From a virus: a stretch of 64,000 bases of DNA. The stretch's first letter is position 1. Each line of letters opens with the position of its first letter. The DNA is taken from positions 64,001 to 128,000 of IMG/VR virus record IMGVR_UViG_3300043570_001741; one strand, 5' to 3'. A model generated the notes under the pieces. The model did not search any database, was not told the origin of the DNA, and saw only the letters and a program-made list of their open reading frames with translations. Of the stretch, positions 54,893-64,000 are shown one piece after another. Made by a program: the position numbers and the translations under genes.

Positions 54893-56071
54893 ATGGCACT
54901 TTTCTCTTTAACGGACATAAATTTCAAACCGGACGCTACAAGAAATTTCAAATCATTGAATTCTTATAGTGTCGATAATAAAAGATATCCAATAGACCTT
55001 GGCGCAACAGATAAGGGACACTATATGATGTTTTTTATCAATGTCCAAAGACGAACACAATTTGAAGCTAATTATGATAACTCTGGTCCAATGCCAACAG
55101 TTCTTGCCAATGCTCAGAAAAATAACAATAATACATTGACTGGTGCACTAAGTAATGTGGGTGAAAAAATTAAATCTGTTGTATCATCTTCCATATCAGG
55201 CCTTGTAACAAATGCTGATAATGAATATGTGAATAAAGCTAGTGATGTTATTGGTCAAGAAATAAATGCTGGCTTTGGTAGATTGAAAGAAGGAAATCTC
55301 TTTCGTTCCATTAAAAGAACGAAAGATACAATTGCCTTGTATATGCCAGACACATTGAATTTTAATTATCAACAGAGTTATTCAGACGTTTCACTAACTG
55401 ATGCTTTTGGTATACCGGGTGCGCTTGCTCAAGGTGCTGCGGCAGGTTTAGATGCTTACAATGATTATAAAGCAACAGGCAGAGTTAATCTTCAAAACAT
55501 GTCTCCTTTTGCAGTTGCAGCTTTAACATCGAAATTTGGTGGTTCTCAAGGACCACTCTTTACTGCATTGACTTCGGCAACTGGTGGTGTGATTGCACAG
55601 AATCCACAATTAGAGTTAATTTATAGTAAGCCACAATTTAGACAATTTAGATTTTCTTTTATGTTCTATCCAAGGAGTCAAAGAGAGGCTAGAGAAGTTA
55701 TTGACATTATTGAAATGTTTAAATATCACCAAGCACCAGAATTATTGAATGGTACTTATGGTAGATTTTTAGTTCCACCATCTGAATTTGATATTCAATT
55801 CATGTACAATGGCCAAGAAAATGTGAACATTCCAAAAGTTTCAACCTGTGTACTAACCGGTCTAGATATAAACTATGCACCAACAGGTACTTTTGCAGCT
55901 TATGAAACAATTGATTCCAACTCACCATCAAAAGGCGGAACTGGTATGCCAGTTGGTATTGGTTTGGATTTGTCATTTACAGAAACCGAAATTATTACTA
56001 AAAATTATTACAATCCAACACTAAGACAAAACGCACCAAATCAATTTGATATTGCTAATGGAGGTGTTTAA
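54893..56071 (+). CDS. 48: Baseplate tail-tube cap gp48-like
   Basis: IALYMP, NP..EL.Y..P.FR.F.F.F.F.PRS, LSFTETE. Confidence 0.8.
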   Translation: MALFSLTDINFKPDATRNFKSLNSYSVDNKRYPIDLGATDKGHYMMFFINVQRRTQFEANYDNSGPMPTVLANAQKNNNNTLTGALSNVGEKIKSVVSSSISGLVTNADNEYVNKASDVIGQEINAGFGRLKEGNLFRSIKRTKDTIALYMPDTLNFNYQQSYSDVSLTDAFGIPGALAQGAAAGLDAYNDYKATGRVNLQNMSPFAVAALTSKFGGSQGPLFTALTSATGGVIAQNPQLELIYSKPQFRQFRFSFMFYPRSQREAREVIDIIEMFKYHQAPELLNGTYGRFLVPPSEFDIQFMYNGQENVNIPKVSTCVLTGLDINYAPTGTFAAYETIDSNSPSKGGTGMPVGIGLDLSFTETEIITKNYYNPTLRQNAPNQFDIANGGV

Positions 56072-56072
56072 T

Positions 56073-56720
56073 ATGGCAAAATACTTTAAACATTTCCCAA
56101 AAGTTTATTATACTCCAAACTCCGAAATGGAATCTTTGGATGTTTTAACTAACATCACAACAAGATTTTCTTTTGAACAGGAGTTTAAGAAAAACAGTTC
56201 TATTTACTATGAGTATAGTGTTGAAGATGGTGAAACACCTGAAATTGTTGCTGCTAAAATTTATGGTTCTTCCGAAAAACATTGGATTATTATGAATCTT
56301 AATGACATTGTTGATCCAATGTATGATTGGCCTCTTACACAAAGAAACGTTATTAAATACATTGAAGCTAAATATTCTGCCAATGCAGCTGCCGGTCAAA
56401 CAGGTTACGAATGGGCGGTACAAACCACACATTCTTATTATCGAATTGAAACACAAACAGAACCAGTTTCTGGTATATCTACGATAATTAAAAAAGAAAT
56501 CGATTCTGCAACGTATGCTAATGTTGCATCTTCAACAACAACTTATACATTACCTGATAGTAATACCATAACGATTGATATTGGCAAAGAGTTTAAAACA
56601 TATTATGAATATGAAGTTGAAGCTAATGATGCTAAAAGGTCAATAAAAATTTTAAAACCTGAATTAGTTGATGTTGTTGAAAAAGAATTTAAACGTGTGA
56701 TTGCTGATATCATTGTATGA
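56073..56720 (+). CDS. 53: Baseplate wedge gp53
   Basis: YFKHFP, GETPE.VA.KIYG...HWII, DWP, R.IKILKP. Confidence 0.88.
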   Translation: MAKYFKHFPKVYYTPNSEMESLDVLTNITTRFSFEQEFKKNSSIYYEYSVEDGETPEIVAAKIYGSSEKHWIIMNLNDIVDPMYDWPLTQRNVIKYIEAKYSANAAAGQTGYEWAVQTTHSYYRIETQTEPVSGISTIIKKEIDSATYANVASSTTTYTLPDSNTITIDIGKEFKTYYEYEVEANDAKRSIKILKPELVDVVEKEFKRVIADIIV

Positions 56721-58051
56721 ACGAAAACCAATTGCTACAACCTACAGATTTTGATATTCAGAGATTGGATCTGGTAACAAAATTTGGTTCGGTTGATTTA
56801 CGTGGCATGTTTGAAGAAATCAACCTGTATGATAGTATGTTGGCACCATGTGCAACCGGCAATATGTTGATTGTCGATGCTATTGGTTTATCACAAAAAT
56901 TACTATTAGATGGAACAGAATATTTGTTGGTGGAAATTGACAAGGGTGATGGCCTTTTTCCAATAAAAAGAAAGTATCGTGTTCATAGCCAAACTGATAG
57001 AAAGACTATGAATCAAACCAGTGAGAGCTATATTTTAAAGTTTTCTTCGGAAGAATTAATTTTCTCTGAGCAACAAAGAGTCAGTCATTATTATGAAGGC
57101 ACATATACTGAAATTATTTTGGCTATCATTAGGGATTATTTAAAACCTGATAATGTAACATTAACTGGTGTTTATGACGCTTCAAATGGTTTGAATAAGG
57201 TAGTCATACCAAACTTAAAACCATTTGATGCTATTCAATGGTGTGTCAAAAGAGCTTTAAATAATAATTCTAAACCGAATTTCATGTTCTTTCAAAACAA
57301 TGATGGTTACAATTTAAGCACATTAGATACAATTATGTCTAGTGAACCACTTTTAAATTTGACGTTCTCTGTTAAAAACTTGCCCGATGGAACATTAAAT
57401 GAAGAAATGATTGGCGTTAGACACATGCAAGTAATGACACAATCAGACTTCATAAAAAATACTAGAGCTGGTGTATATTCTGGTAGTGTTGTTGGTTTTG
57501 ATCCAGTAACTAGAACGTTGAAAAAAACAAATTACACCTTCAATGATATATACGAAGGTTCGGCTCATGCTAATCCAAATAGAATTGTAGCAAAATCTCA
57601 AACGAAGTATGGTAATAGTAACTATGATATGAATAACTCCAGAAAAATATTTTATTTGGATACAACTGAGCGACAAACTACTGCATACATTAATGAAAAT
57701 GATCCAGAGCCTTTGCAGAATCAAGACACTCCTCAACAATACATTTTTCAACGAGAATCAATTCTGCAAAATTTTGTGAGTCAACGATTAAGACTGGTTA
57801 TTCCTGGTAACTTTGCGGTAACATCTGGAAAAACATTGTATCTAAATGTACCACGTAGAGGTTTTGATTCAGATGATACAGATAATTTTGATATTACGTT
57901 AAAGGGCAAATACGCTATTTTGGCTACAAGACATATGATACGACATAATAGGTTTGAAACCATTGTGGAAGCGGTAACAGATTCAACCGAAAGACCTGAA
58001 TTTACTGCAAATCAGCAGGAGATGGATAAACAAATGGAATCGTTTAAGTAA
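56717..58051 (+). CDS. Baseplate hub protein (gp27-like)
   Basis: Position between gp53 and gp5, IPGN, GKY.I...RH. Confidence 0.65.
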   Translation: MNENQLLQPTDFDIQRLDLVTKFGSVDLRGMFEEINLYDSMLAPCATGNMLIVDAIGLSQKLLLDGTEYLLVEIDKGDGLFPIKRKYRVHSQTDRKTMNQTSESYILKFSSEELIFSEQQRVSHYYEGTYTEIILAIIRDYLKPDNVTLTGVYDASNGLNKVVIPNLKPFDAIQWCVKRALNNNSKPNFMFFQNNDGYNLSTLDTIMSSEPLLNLTFSVKNLPDGTLNEEMIGVRHMQVMTQSDFIKNTRAGVYSGSVVGFDPVTRTLKKTNYTFNDIYEGSAHANPNRIVAKSQTKYGNSNYDMNNSRKIFYLDTTERQTTAYINENDPEPLQNQDTPQQYIFQRESILQNFVSQRLRLVIPGNFAVTSGKTLYLNVPRRGFDSDDTDNFDITLKGKYAILATRHMIRHNRFETIVEAVTDSTERPEFTANQQEMDKQMESFK

Positions 58052-59169
58052 TGAAGACAGAATATAAACAACACCAAGGTATGTACCATGGTATCATTGA
58101 AGATATTGATGACCCATTAAAACTGCATCGTTTGAGGGTTAGAGTTATTGAAATACACGATGATGATAAACAAAGAATTCCAACTACAACGTTGCCGTGG
58201 TTTCAGCCATTATTTGCAGTAAACAATTCTGATAAAGCTTCTGCACCTAAACTTGGTGATTGGGTTTTGGTGTATTTTCCTGATCCTGATTCTGCACAAT
58301 TTGGTTATGTGATGGGTGTAATTCCTGGTATTGTATCTGAAGAAGAAGTGCCAGAACTTGTGGTAACAGCAAAAAGACCAGTTAAACCGGCCGGTGATCC
58401 AGCGGGAAATGTAGGTTATCCCTCAACTGCACCAACAGGTAGAAGTGTTGTCACGGGCACTGGTGTTGATAGAACAAACAACAAACTTATTCACGTTTGT
58501 GATATTACAATTGAAACGGACCGAGTTGTTGGTGCTGTAACAAGACAATTTAGTGAAGTTGTTGCTGCAATTAAAGCTGCAATAGCTGCTTTACTGAAGA
58601 CTCTTGGAGCTACAGATAGGTCTGGCGAAGTTTTGAAACTTACTGAAATTGCTAAAAATATTGCAAGAGAAATAAAAAAAGTTACTGATTTTATTAAAGA
58701 CATTAATCAAACAATTGCCGGTTATTTAAAAATTGTTGCAAAGATTAGAGCAATGATTGCATACATCTTAAACTTGCCTGCAAAATTATTAGCAGAATTT
58801 CAACAATGTTTGGCTAACTTATATAAATCATTACTTGCTGGTTTTACAACAGGTTTTGCTGATATTGGTTTAGTTTCTGATTTAAAAGAATTGGCCACTG
58901 CTGTTAATGAAGTTGGTACTGAAATTGCGGAAGTTGCTAAACAAGGTGCTATTTTGGCCAGTACACCACAACAATTAGGTGCAGTTCTTGTGGCACCATC
59001 AAGTGCGGCCGACATTAAAGCATCTGAAACCGCATTTACAAATTACATGGCATCACCTACAGCATATAGTTCATTGGTGCCATCTACATCGTCTTTGACA
59101 GCATCAACAGAAGCAACAGCTATTTCTAATGCTAATATCACAGACCCAACTAATGCGAAACTGGCTTAA
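58051..59169 (+). CDS. gp5 N-terminal OB-fold protein with helical extension
   Basis: DPLKLHRLRVRV...H, LPW, P..GDWV...F.D...Q...V.G. Confidence 0.75.
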   Translation: MKTEYKQHQGMYHGIIEDIDDPLKLHRLRVRVIEIHDDDKQRIPTTTLPWFQPLFAVNNSDKASAPKLGDWVLVYFPDPDSAQFGYVMGVIPGIVSEEEVPELVVTAKRPVKPAGDPAGNVGYPSTAPTGRSVVTGTGVDRTNNKLIHVCDITIETDRVVGAVTRQFSEVVAAIKAAIAALLKTLGATDRSGEVLKLTEIAKNIAREIKKVTDFIKDINQTIAGYLKIVAKIRAMIAYILNLPAKLLAEFQQCLANLYKSLLAGFTTGFADIGLVSDLKELATAVNEVGTEIAEVAKQGAILASTPQQLGAVLVAPSSAADIKASETAFTNYMASPTAYSSLVPSTSSLTASTEATAISNANITDPTNAKLA

Positions 59170-59174
59170 ATAAT

Positions 59175-59984
59175 ATGGCAATTACTAATGAATATTCTCC
59201 ACCAGATTATAGTTGGAGACAAAGAGAGTCTGAGGCTTCGGTAGAAAATCCTCCAAAGTATCCTGACAATAACGTTACACAAACAAAATCGGGACACTTA
59301 TTTGAATTGGATGATACGTTTGACCGTGAACGTATCCGCATTCACCACAGAACAGGTACATTCATTGAAATGCATTCTAATGGTGATGAGACACATAAAA
59401 TCGAAGGCGATGGTTATGAAATCATTGCTGGTAACAAATACGTACACATTACTGGATTTTGCAACATCACTATTGAAGGTGATGCTATTGTCAATATTAA
59501 GGGCAATAAAACAGAATTGATTGAAGGCAATTTGAATCAAGTTGTTAAAGGTGATTACACACAAGTTGTTAAAGGTGAATCTAGAATTTTAGCCGATGGT
59601 AACATGACTGTTGGATGTGGTTCTGATTTTCTTGGTTCTCTGAGGTTAGTTACTGGTGACCACATGAGACTTGAGGGTGACCTATCAGTTAATGGTGGTA
59701 TCTCCGCAACAAACATTACGAGTGAAAATTGGGTTGCAGCTGGCGTGGGTGTAAATGCAGGACCATCCGGTTTTGTTTCTATACTTGGTGGTTTAGCTGT
59801 AGGTTTTCCAATTGCTATTCCAGGTTCTGTGACTGCTGCTGTGCAAGTTAAAGCACCACTTGGTTCATTTGGCACAATGTCAGCCGTATTGATGACTGAT
59901 ATGATTAATACAAAAATATTTGACACACATATTCATATGGCTAAAGGTCCAACTTCTCCACCAATTTCTGGTCCAATGATTTAA
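59175..59984 (+). CDS. gp5 C-terminal beta-helix spike protein
   Basis: YP.N.V..T.SGH..E.DDT...ERI...HRTGT, VxG repeats, HIH tip motif. Confidence 0.8.
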   Translation: MAITNEYSPPDYSWRQRESEASVENPPKYPDNNVTQTKSGHLFELDDTFDRERIRIHHRTGTFIEMHSNGDETHKIEGDGYEIIAGNKYVHITGFCNITIEGDAIVNIKGNKTELIEGNLNQVVKGDYTQVVKGESRILADGNMTVGCGSDFLGSLRLVTGDHMRLEGDLSVNGGISATNITSENWVAAGVGVNAGPSGFVSILGGLAVGFPIAIPGSVTAAVQVKAPLGSFGTMSAVLMTDMINTKIFDTHIHMAKGPTSPPISGPMI

Positions 59985-59994
59985 GGAATATATT

Positions 59995-60852
59995 ATGGCT
60001 TCTTTGTTTTCCCGATTAAATTATAACTACGTAGATACCAATTCAGTTATTAGTGAATTATCTACTGAAGTGAGAACGACACTAGATTCTATGCCGAAGA
60101 TGTTGACTTCTTGGCAAGCTGCTGATTTAGCTAATAATGATACTGGTGGTTACTTTATTAATCCTTGTGCTAATGTGACAAGTAATATTTGGAGTGTATC
60201 TAATAATTTGGTGAATGTTACAAGCTCACTACAAGGCTCAGGTAATTTGACTGGTCTGTGGACTCATATTCGTAGCACTTTTGCTTACATCAGTAATAGC
60301 GCAACCGGTAACACACAAGCTGGTGACTTCCTTGCTCACACGAACAGAATTTCAGGTGTAACTTCTATAACAGTATCATCTGACCAAGGTGTTGCAAATT
60401 TACCACATTATGAGACTGCCGTTCAAACAGGCAAAGCAGTAGTCTCATTAATTTACCAAACAGAAGGTGTATCCAACAATGCACCAATTATGGGCAACTT
60501 TACGAGCTTGTTTGTGGCTAATGATTTGATATCAATCTATAATACTGTGGTCACATATGCAAATACGATTAACAGTAGTATTTCGATTTCAGGTTCTGGT
60601 AGCGAAATGGATCCATTCATTAGAACTTCCAATCTGACATTCAACACAGTAAATGCCATAGCAACCACAGCTAATTCTGCTAACTCCATCTTCTATGACC
60701 GCAGAGTCCATGATGAGCAGTTTTATAAGAATTCGTTAAGTATTCTTACAGACTACAAAAAGGCTCGTGGTGTTGGAAGTACAGGTCAAACAGAAGACTT
60801 TTTAATTAAAAATTATATTGGCTCAAGTAAACTATTATATAGGATAGGTTGA
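59995..60852 (+). CDS. Hypothetical virion protein
   Basis: S/T/N-rich ORF within baseplate module. Confidence 0.55.
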   Translation: MASLFSRLNYNYVDTNSVISELSTEVRTTLDSMPKMLTSWQAADLANNDTGGYFINPCANVTSNIWSVSNNLVNVTSSLQGSGNLTGLWTHIRSTFAYISNSATGNTQAGDFLAHTNRISGVTSITVSSDQGVANLPHYETAVQTGKAVVSLIYQTEGVSNNAPIMGNFTSLFVANDLISIYNTVVTYANTINSSISISGSGSEMDPFIRTSNLTFNTVNAIATTANSANSIFYDRRVHDEQFYKNSLSILTDYKKARGVGSTGQTEDFLIKNYIGSSKLLYRIG

Positions 60853-60863
60853 ATAAATAGAAA

Positions 60864-61268
60864 ATGGCAATAGGAATAACCACAACCGTAAGAGAATATC
60901 GTGACTTGGATTTGAATTTTAAGATTCATCCAATCAGGAAAGATATCAATAAACATACTGCTGAGATGGCGGTAATCAATTCCATTAAGAATTTGGTACT
61001 GACTCAGCATTATGAAGTGCCTTTTCAACCAGAAATTGGTTGTAATATCCAAAAGTTACTATTTGAGCCTTTGGATCCAGTATCGGCAACTCTCATTCAA
61101 CGTGAGATAACGCAAACAATTCAAAACTTTGAGCCTAGAGTTAGTGTCTCAAAGGTACAAGTATTTCCAGATTATGATAAGAATGGTTTTAGGATTGCGA
61201 TGGAATTTTTCATTGTCAACAGAACCGAACCAGTAACAATACAATTTTTCTTAGAACGAGTACGATAA
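60864..61268 (+). CDS. 25: Baseplate wedge gp25
   Basis: DLDLNF..HP, E.PF.P.IG, LLFE, FEPRV. Confidence 0.9.
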   Translation: MAIGITTTVREYRDLDLNFKIHPIRKDINKHTAEMAVINSIKNLVLTQHYEVPFQPEIGCNIQKLLFEPLDPVSATLIQREITQTIQNFEPRVSVSKVQVFPDYDKNGFRIAMEFFIVNRTEPVTIQFFLERVR

Positions 61269-63320
61269 ATGGCACAAAATCGTTTACAGGTAACAGACCT
61301 TGATTTCGATACAATCAAGACCAACCTAAAATCATTCCTAAAACAACAAACTGAATTCCAAGATTATGATTTTGAGGGTTCTGGTTTAAATGTTTTGGTT
61401 AATCTTTTAGCTTACAATACACACTATAATGCCTACTATCTAAACATGGTTGCCAACGAGGCATTCTTAGATACTGCCCTGTTGCGTGATTCTGTGGTTT
61501 CTCATGCCAAGACATTAGGCTATGTGCCTTATTCTAAAACTGCACCTACAGCAACTATCAACCTAACAATCAATAGTGGTAACACAACATTGGATACATT
61601 AACTATTCCAAAGGGATATGTTTTTAATTCTAAGTTGGTAGATAAACGTATTTTTGGTTTTGTGGTTATGAATGGCGTTACTGTCACAAAATCTGACACC
61701 AGTTATTACTTTGAGAATTTAGAAATCAAAGAAGGCCAGTTATTGAATTACACTTTCAATTATGATGAGAGTGCTAATCCAAAGTCAATATTTACTTTGC
61801 CTGATATGGACATTGATACATCCACAATTACTGTATCAGTAAATCCATCCACAAGTAATACATCAACCACAGTTTATAACAAAGTGACGGATATTTTGGA
61901 TGTTGGCGCTGACTCTGCCGTATTCTATTTGCAAGAATCTAAAGGCGGAAAATATCAAATCTATTTTGGTAATGGAACTGTTGGTCGTAAGATTGAAGAT
62001 GGTTCTGTAATTTCAGTTGGCTATTTGTCAACAAACGGCACTTTAGCCAACAAGGTTGATGGTTTCGGAATGTCTTCTGCCATTGGCCCTTACAGTACCG
62101 GTGTAATTCAAGTTGTCTCTGTTGCAGCTGGTGGCTCAGATAGAGAAACAGTTGATGAAATTAAATCAGCATCACCAGTTCAATTTGCCACGCAGAATCG
62201 TTTAGTTACTAAGGTGGACTATGAGTCCTACATTAAGAAGAATTATCCAAGTATTGATTCATTATCAGTATGGGGTGGTGAAGATGAAATTCCACCAATC
62301 TATGGTAAAGTTTTGATTTCTTTGAAACCAAAAGAAAACTACTATATCACAGAATCAGAAAAGACAAGAATTATCAATGAGATTATTAAACCAAAGGCCA
62401 TTGTTTCAGTTAGCGCTGAAATTCGTGACCCCGAGTATTTGTATTTGATTTTAAACTCGGTTGTGAAATATGATGATAGAAAAACATCTCTTAATGAAAA
62501 CACATTAAGAACTCTAATCAGGAACGGAATCATTGGTTACAAAAATACTTACCTTAATAAATTTAATAGTGTTTTCGCTCTCTCGAAATTACAAGACGAA
62601 ATTGACAATGTTAGCTTCAATGGTATCATTGGTTCAGAAACGATTGTTAGATTACAAAAAAGATTCCAACCAGAAGTAGGAACAACGTCTAATTATACTA
62701 TTAATTTTGGTGTTCCACTACATCGTGGCACAATCACAAACAGAATGACCTCATCGGAGTTTACTACAGTTGATAATAGTGGTGTTAGTCGTACTGCTGT
62801 CATTGAAGAAATTCCACAATCTTCAACCGGCATTTCTTCTATCGAAATTTCAAACGCAGGCTATGGTTTTCAAACTGTGCCAACGGTAACAATTACTGGA
62901 GATGGCGTAGGTGCAACAGCTGTGGCTGTAATCCAAAATGGTAGAATTACTGAAATCAAAATGACAAATCGTGGCTCTGACTATAGCCGTGCAGTTGTTA
63001 CTATTACAGGTGGTGATGGTTATAACGCTGCAGCATCGGCTGTAATCGATACTAAAGTTGGAACAATTAGAACAATTTATTACGATAGTACCGCCAATAG
63101 GCAAGTTATAAATCCAAGTGTAGGTACAATTAATTACTCAACTGGTATTATTACAATCAACGATTTAAGAATTTTAGCAGTTGCTACTTCAGATGGTTTA
63201 ATTCGTTTGAGTATAGAATCTGAATCTGGTATTATTGAATCGATTAGAAACACTATTATTACTATTGATGAAACAGACCCATCAGCAGTTGCTACGCAAT
63301 TATTAAAAGTTAATTCGTAA
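61269..63320 (+). CDS. 6: Baseplate wedge gp6
   Basis: LDFD.IK.NL, DYDFEGSGL, LAYNTHY, QNRLVT..DY, WGGE. Confidence 0.92.
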   Translation: MAQNRLQVTDLDFDTIKTNLKSFLKQQTEFQDYDFEGSGLNVLVNLLAYNTHYNAYYLNMVANEAFLDTALLRDSVVSHAKTLGYVPYSKTAPTATINLTINSGNTTLDTLTIPKGYVFNSKLVDKRIFGFVVMNGVTVTKSDTSYYFENLEIKEGQLLNYTFNYDESANPKSIFTLPDMDIDTSTITVSVNPSTSNTSTTVYNKVTDILDVGADSAVFYLQESKGGKYQIYFGNGTVGRKIEDGSVISVGYLSTNGTLANKVDGFGMSSAIGPYSTGVIQVVSVAAGGSDRETVDEIKSASPVQFATQNRLVTKVDYESYIKKNYPSIDSLSVWGGEDEIPPIYGKVLISLKPKENYYITESEKTRIINEIIKPKAIVSVSAEIRDPEYLYLILNSVVKYDDRKTSLNENTLRTLIRNGIIGYKNTYLNKFNSVFALSKLQDEIDNVSFNGIIGSETIVRLQKRFQPEVGTTSNYTINFGVPLHRGTITNRMTSSEFTTVDNSGVSRTAVIEEIPQSSTGISSIEISNAGYGFQTVPTVTITGDGVGATAVAVIQNGRITEIKMTNRGSDYSRAVVTITGGDGYNAAASAVIDTKVGTIRTIYYDSTANRQVINPSVGTINYSTGIITINDLRILAVATSDGLIRLSIESESGIIESIRNTIITIDETDPSAVATQLLKVNS

Positions 63321-64000
63321 TGTCAGATTTTAAAAATTCAATTCTTGTAAATCAACAAGTACCCGAGTATGTTCGGGAAGAATATCCATTATTCGTAAAC
63401 TTCTTAGAAGCTTACTATGAGTTCCTTGAAACTAAACAAGGAACCCAACAGAATGATTTAGTTACTCAGGCCAAAAACTTACGATATATTTCTGACGTTG
63501 ATGATTCAATTGATGCGTTTGGAGAAAGTTTCGTATCAAATTTTGCAACGCTTTTGCCGCAAGCAGAACAGATTGATAAAGCATTTTTAATTAAGAATGT
63601 TCTTCCATTGTACCTATCAAGAGGTAGTGAGAAGTCTTTCAGTTTGTTGTTTAGAATTCTTTATGGTGAAGAAGTTGAATTTACTTTGCCAAAAGACAAT
63701 ATTCTTAGAGCATCCGCTGGCGATTGGGTTGTTGAGAATGTTCTTAGAATTGACAATGATGTATATACCTCTTATGTTGGTGATGGTGAAACCACCACAT
63801 TCTATTTGGCTCAGCAAGCACTTATAACAGACCTTCGTGTGTATGAAAATGGTGTTTTGTTGAATAGTGGATATACTGTACGTAAAGAAACTAAAAAGTT
63901 AATCTTTTATACCGCACCGCCAGTTGGCATGGTTATCAAAGTATATTATCCAAGCTTTGACTTTGACGCATTTAATTCCAGAAGAATTATTGGTACAACA
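63320..64000 (+). CDS. Baseplate wedge gp7-like, truncated by window end
   Basis: MSDFKNSILVNQQVPEYVREEYPLFVNFLEAYYEFLE, follows gp6. Confidence 0.7.
   Translation, partial: MSDFKNSILVNQQVPEYVREEYPLFVNFLEAYYEFLETKQGTQQNDLVTQAKNLRYISDVDDSIDAFGESFVSNFATLLPQAEQIDKAFLIKNVLPLYLSRGSEKSFSLLFRILYGEEVEFTLPKDNILRASAGDWVVENVLRIDNDVYTSYVGDGETTTFYLAQQALITDLRVYENGVLLNSGYTVRKETKKLIFYTAPPVGMVIKVYYPSFDFDAFNSRRIIGTT

Noticed and set aside
1-64000. Stop-codon reassignment suggested by the large tRNA set
   Set aside because: Core genes are intact in the standard code and no suppressor anticodon (CTA/TTA/TCA) was found

Overview
A 64-kb segment of a large T4-like myovirus genome. The host is probably a betaproteobacterium; this is inferred only. 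In order, the window holds: (1) a lysis cassette (spanins, GH19 endolysin, holin); (2) a DNA and nucleotide metabolism block (primase gp61, thyX, nrdA, trx, nrdB, SNase, GIY-YIG, phoH); (3) a long accessory/early region of small ORFs driven by many sigma70-type promoters; (4) 23 tRNA genes, one solitary initiator-like tRNA plus a 22-gene array covering 19 amino acids; (5) a minus-strand cluster of secreted low-complexity proteins; (6) rnh, sugar-nucleotide genes and clpP; (7) a second early region; (8) dsbA-gp33-gp59-gp32; (9) the tail/baseplate module. The most striking signal lies in front of the tRNA array. A perfect promoter fires directly into a leaderless 42-codon ORF containing all 20 amino acids and 32 distinct codons. 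Its last codons form an antiterminator competing with a terminator just upstream of the first tRNA, so it looks like a pan-tRNA-sensing attenuator. Other signals: rRNA-operon-like boxA and long-range pairing elements framing the array, two structured RNAs inside it, a helically phased TGTTG-N8-CAACA operator at ten promoters, three phased DnaA boxes facing a reverse-strand promoter, and a probable -1 frameshift joining the gp26- and gp51-like frames. All family assignments come from motif recognition by eye; no searches were run.
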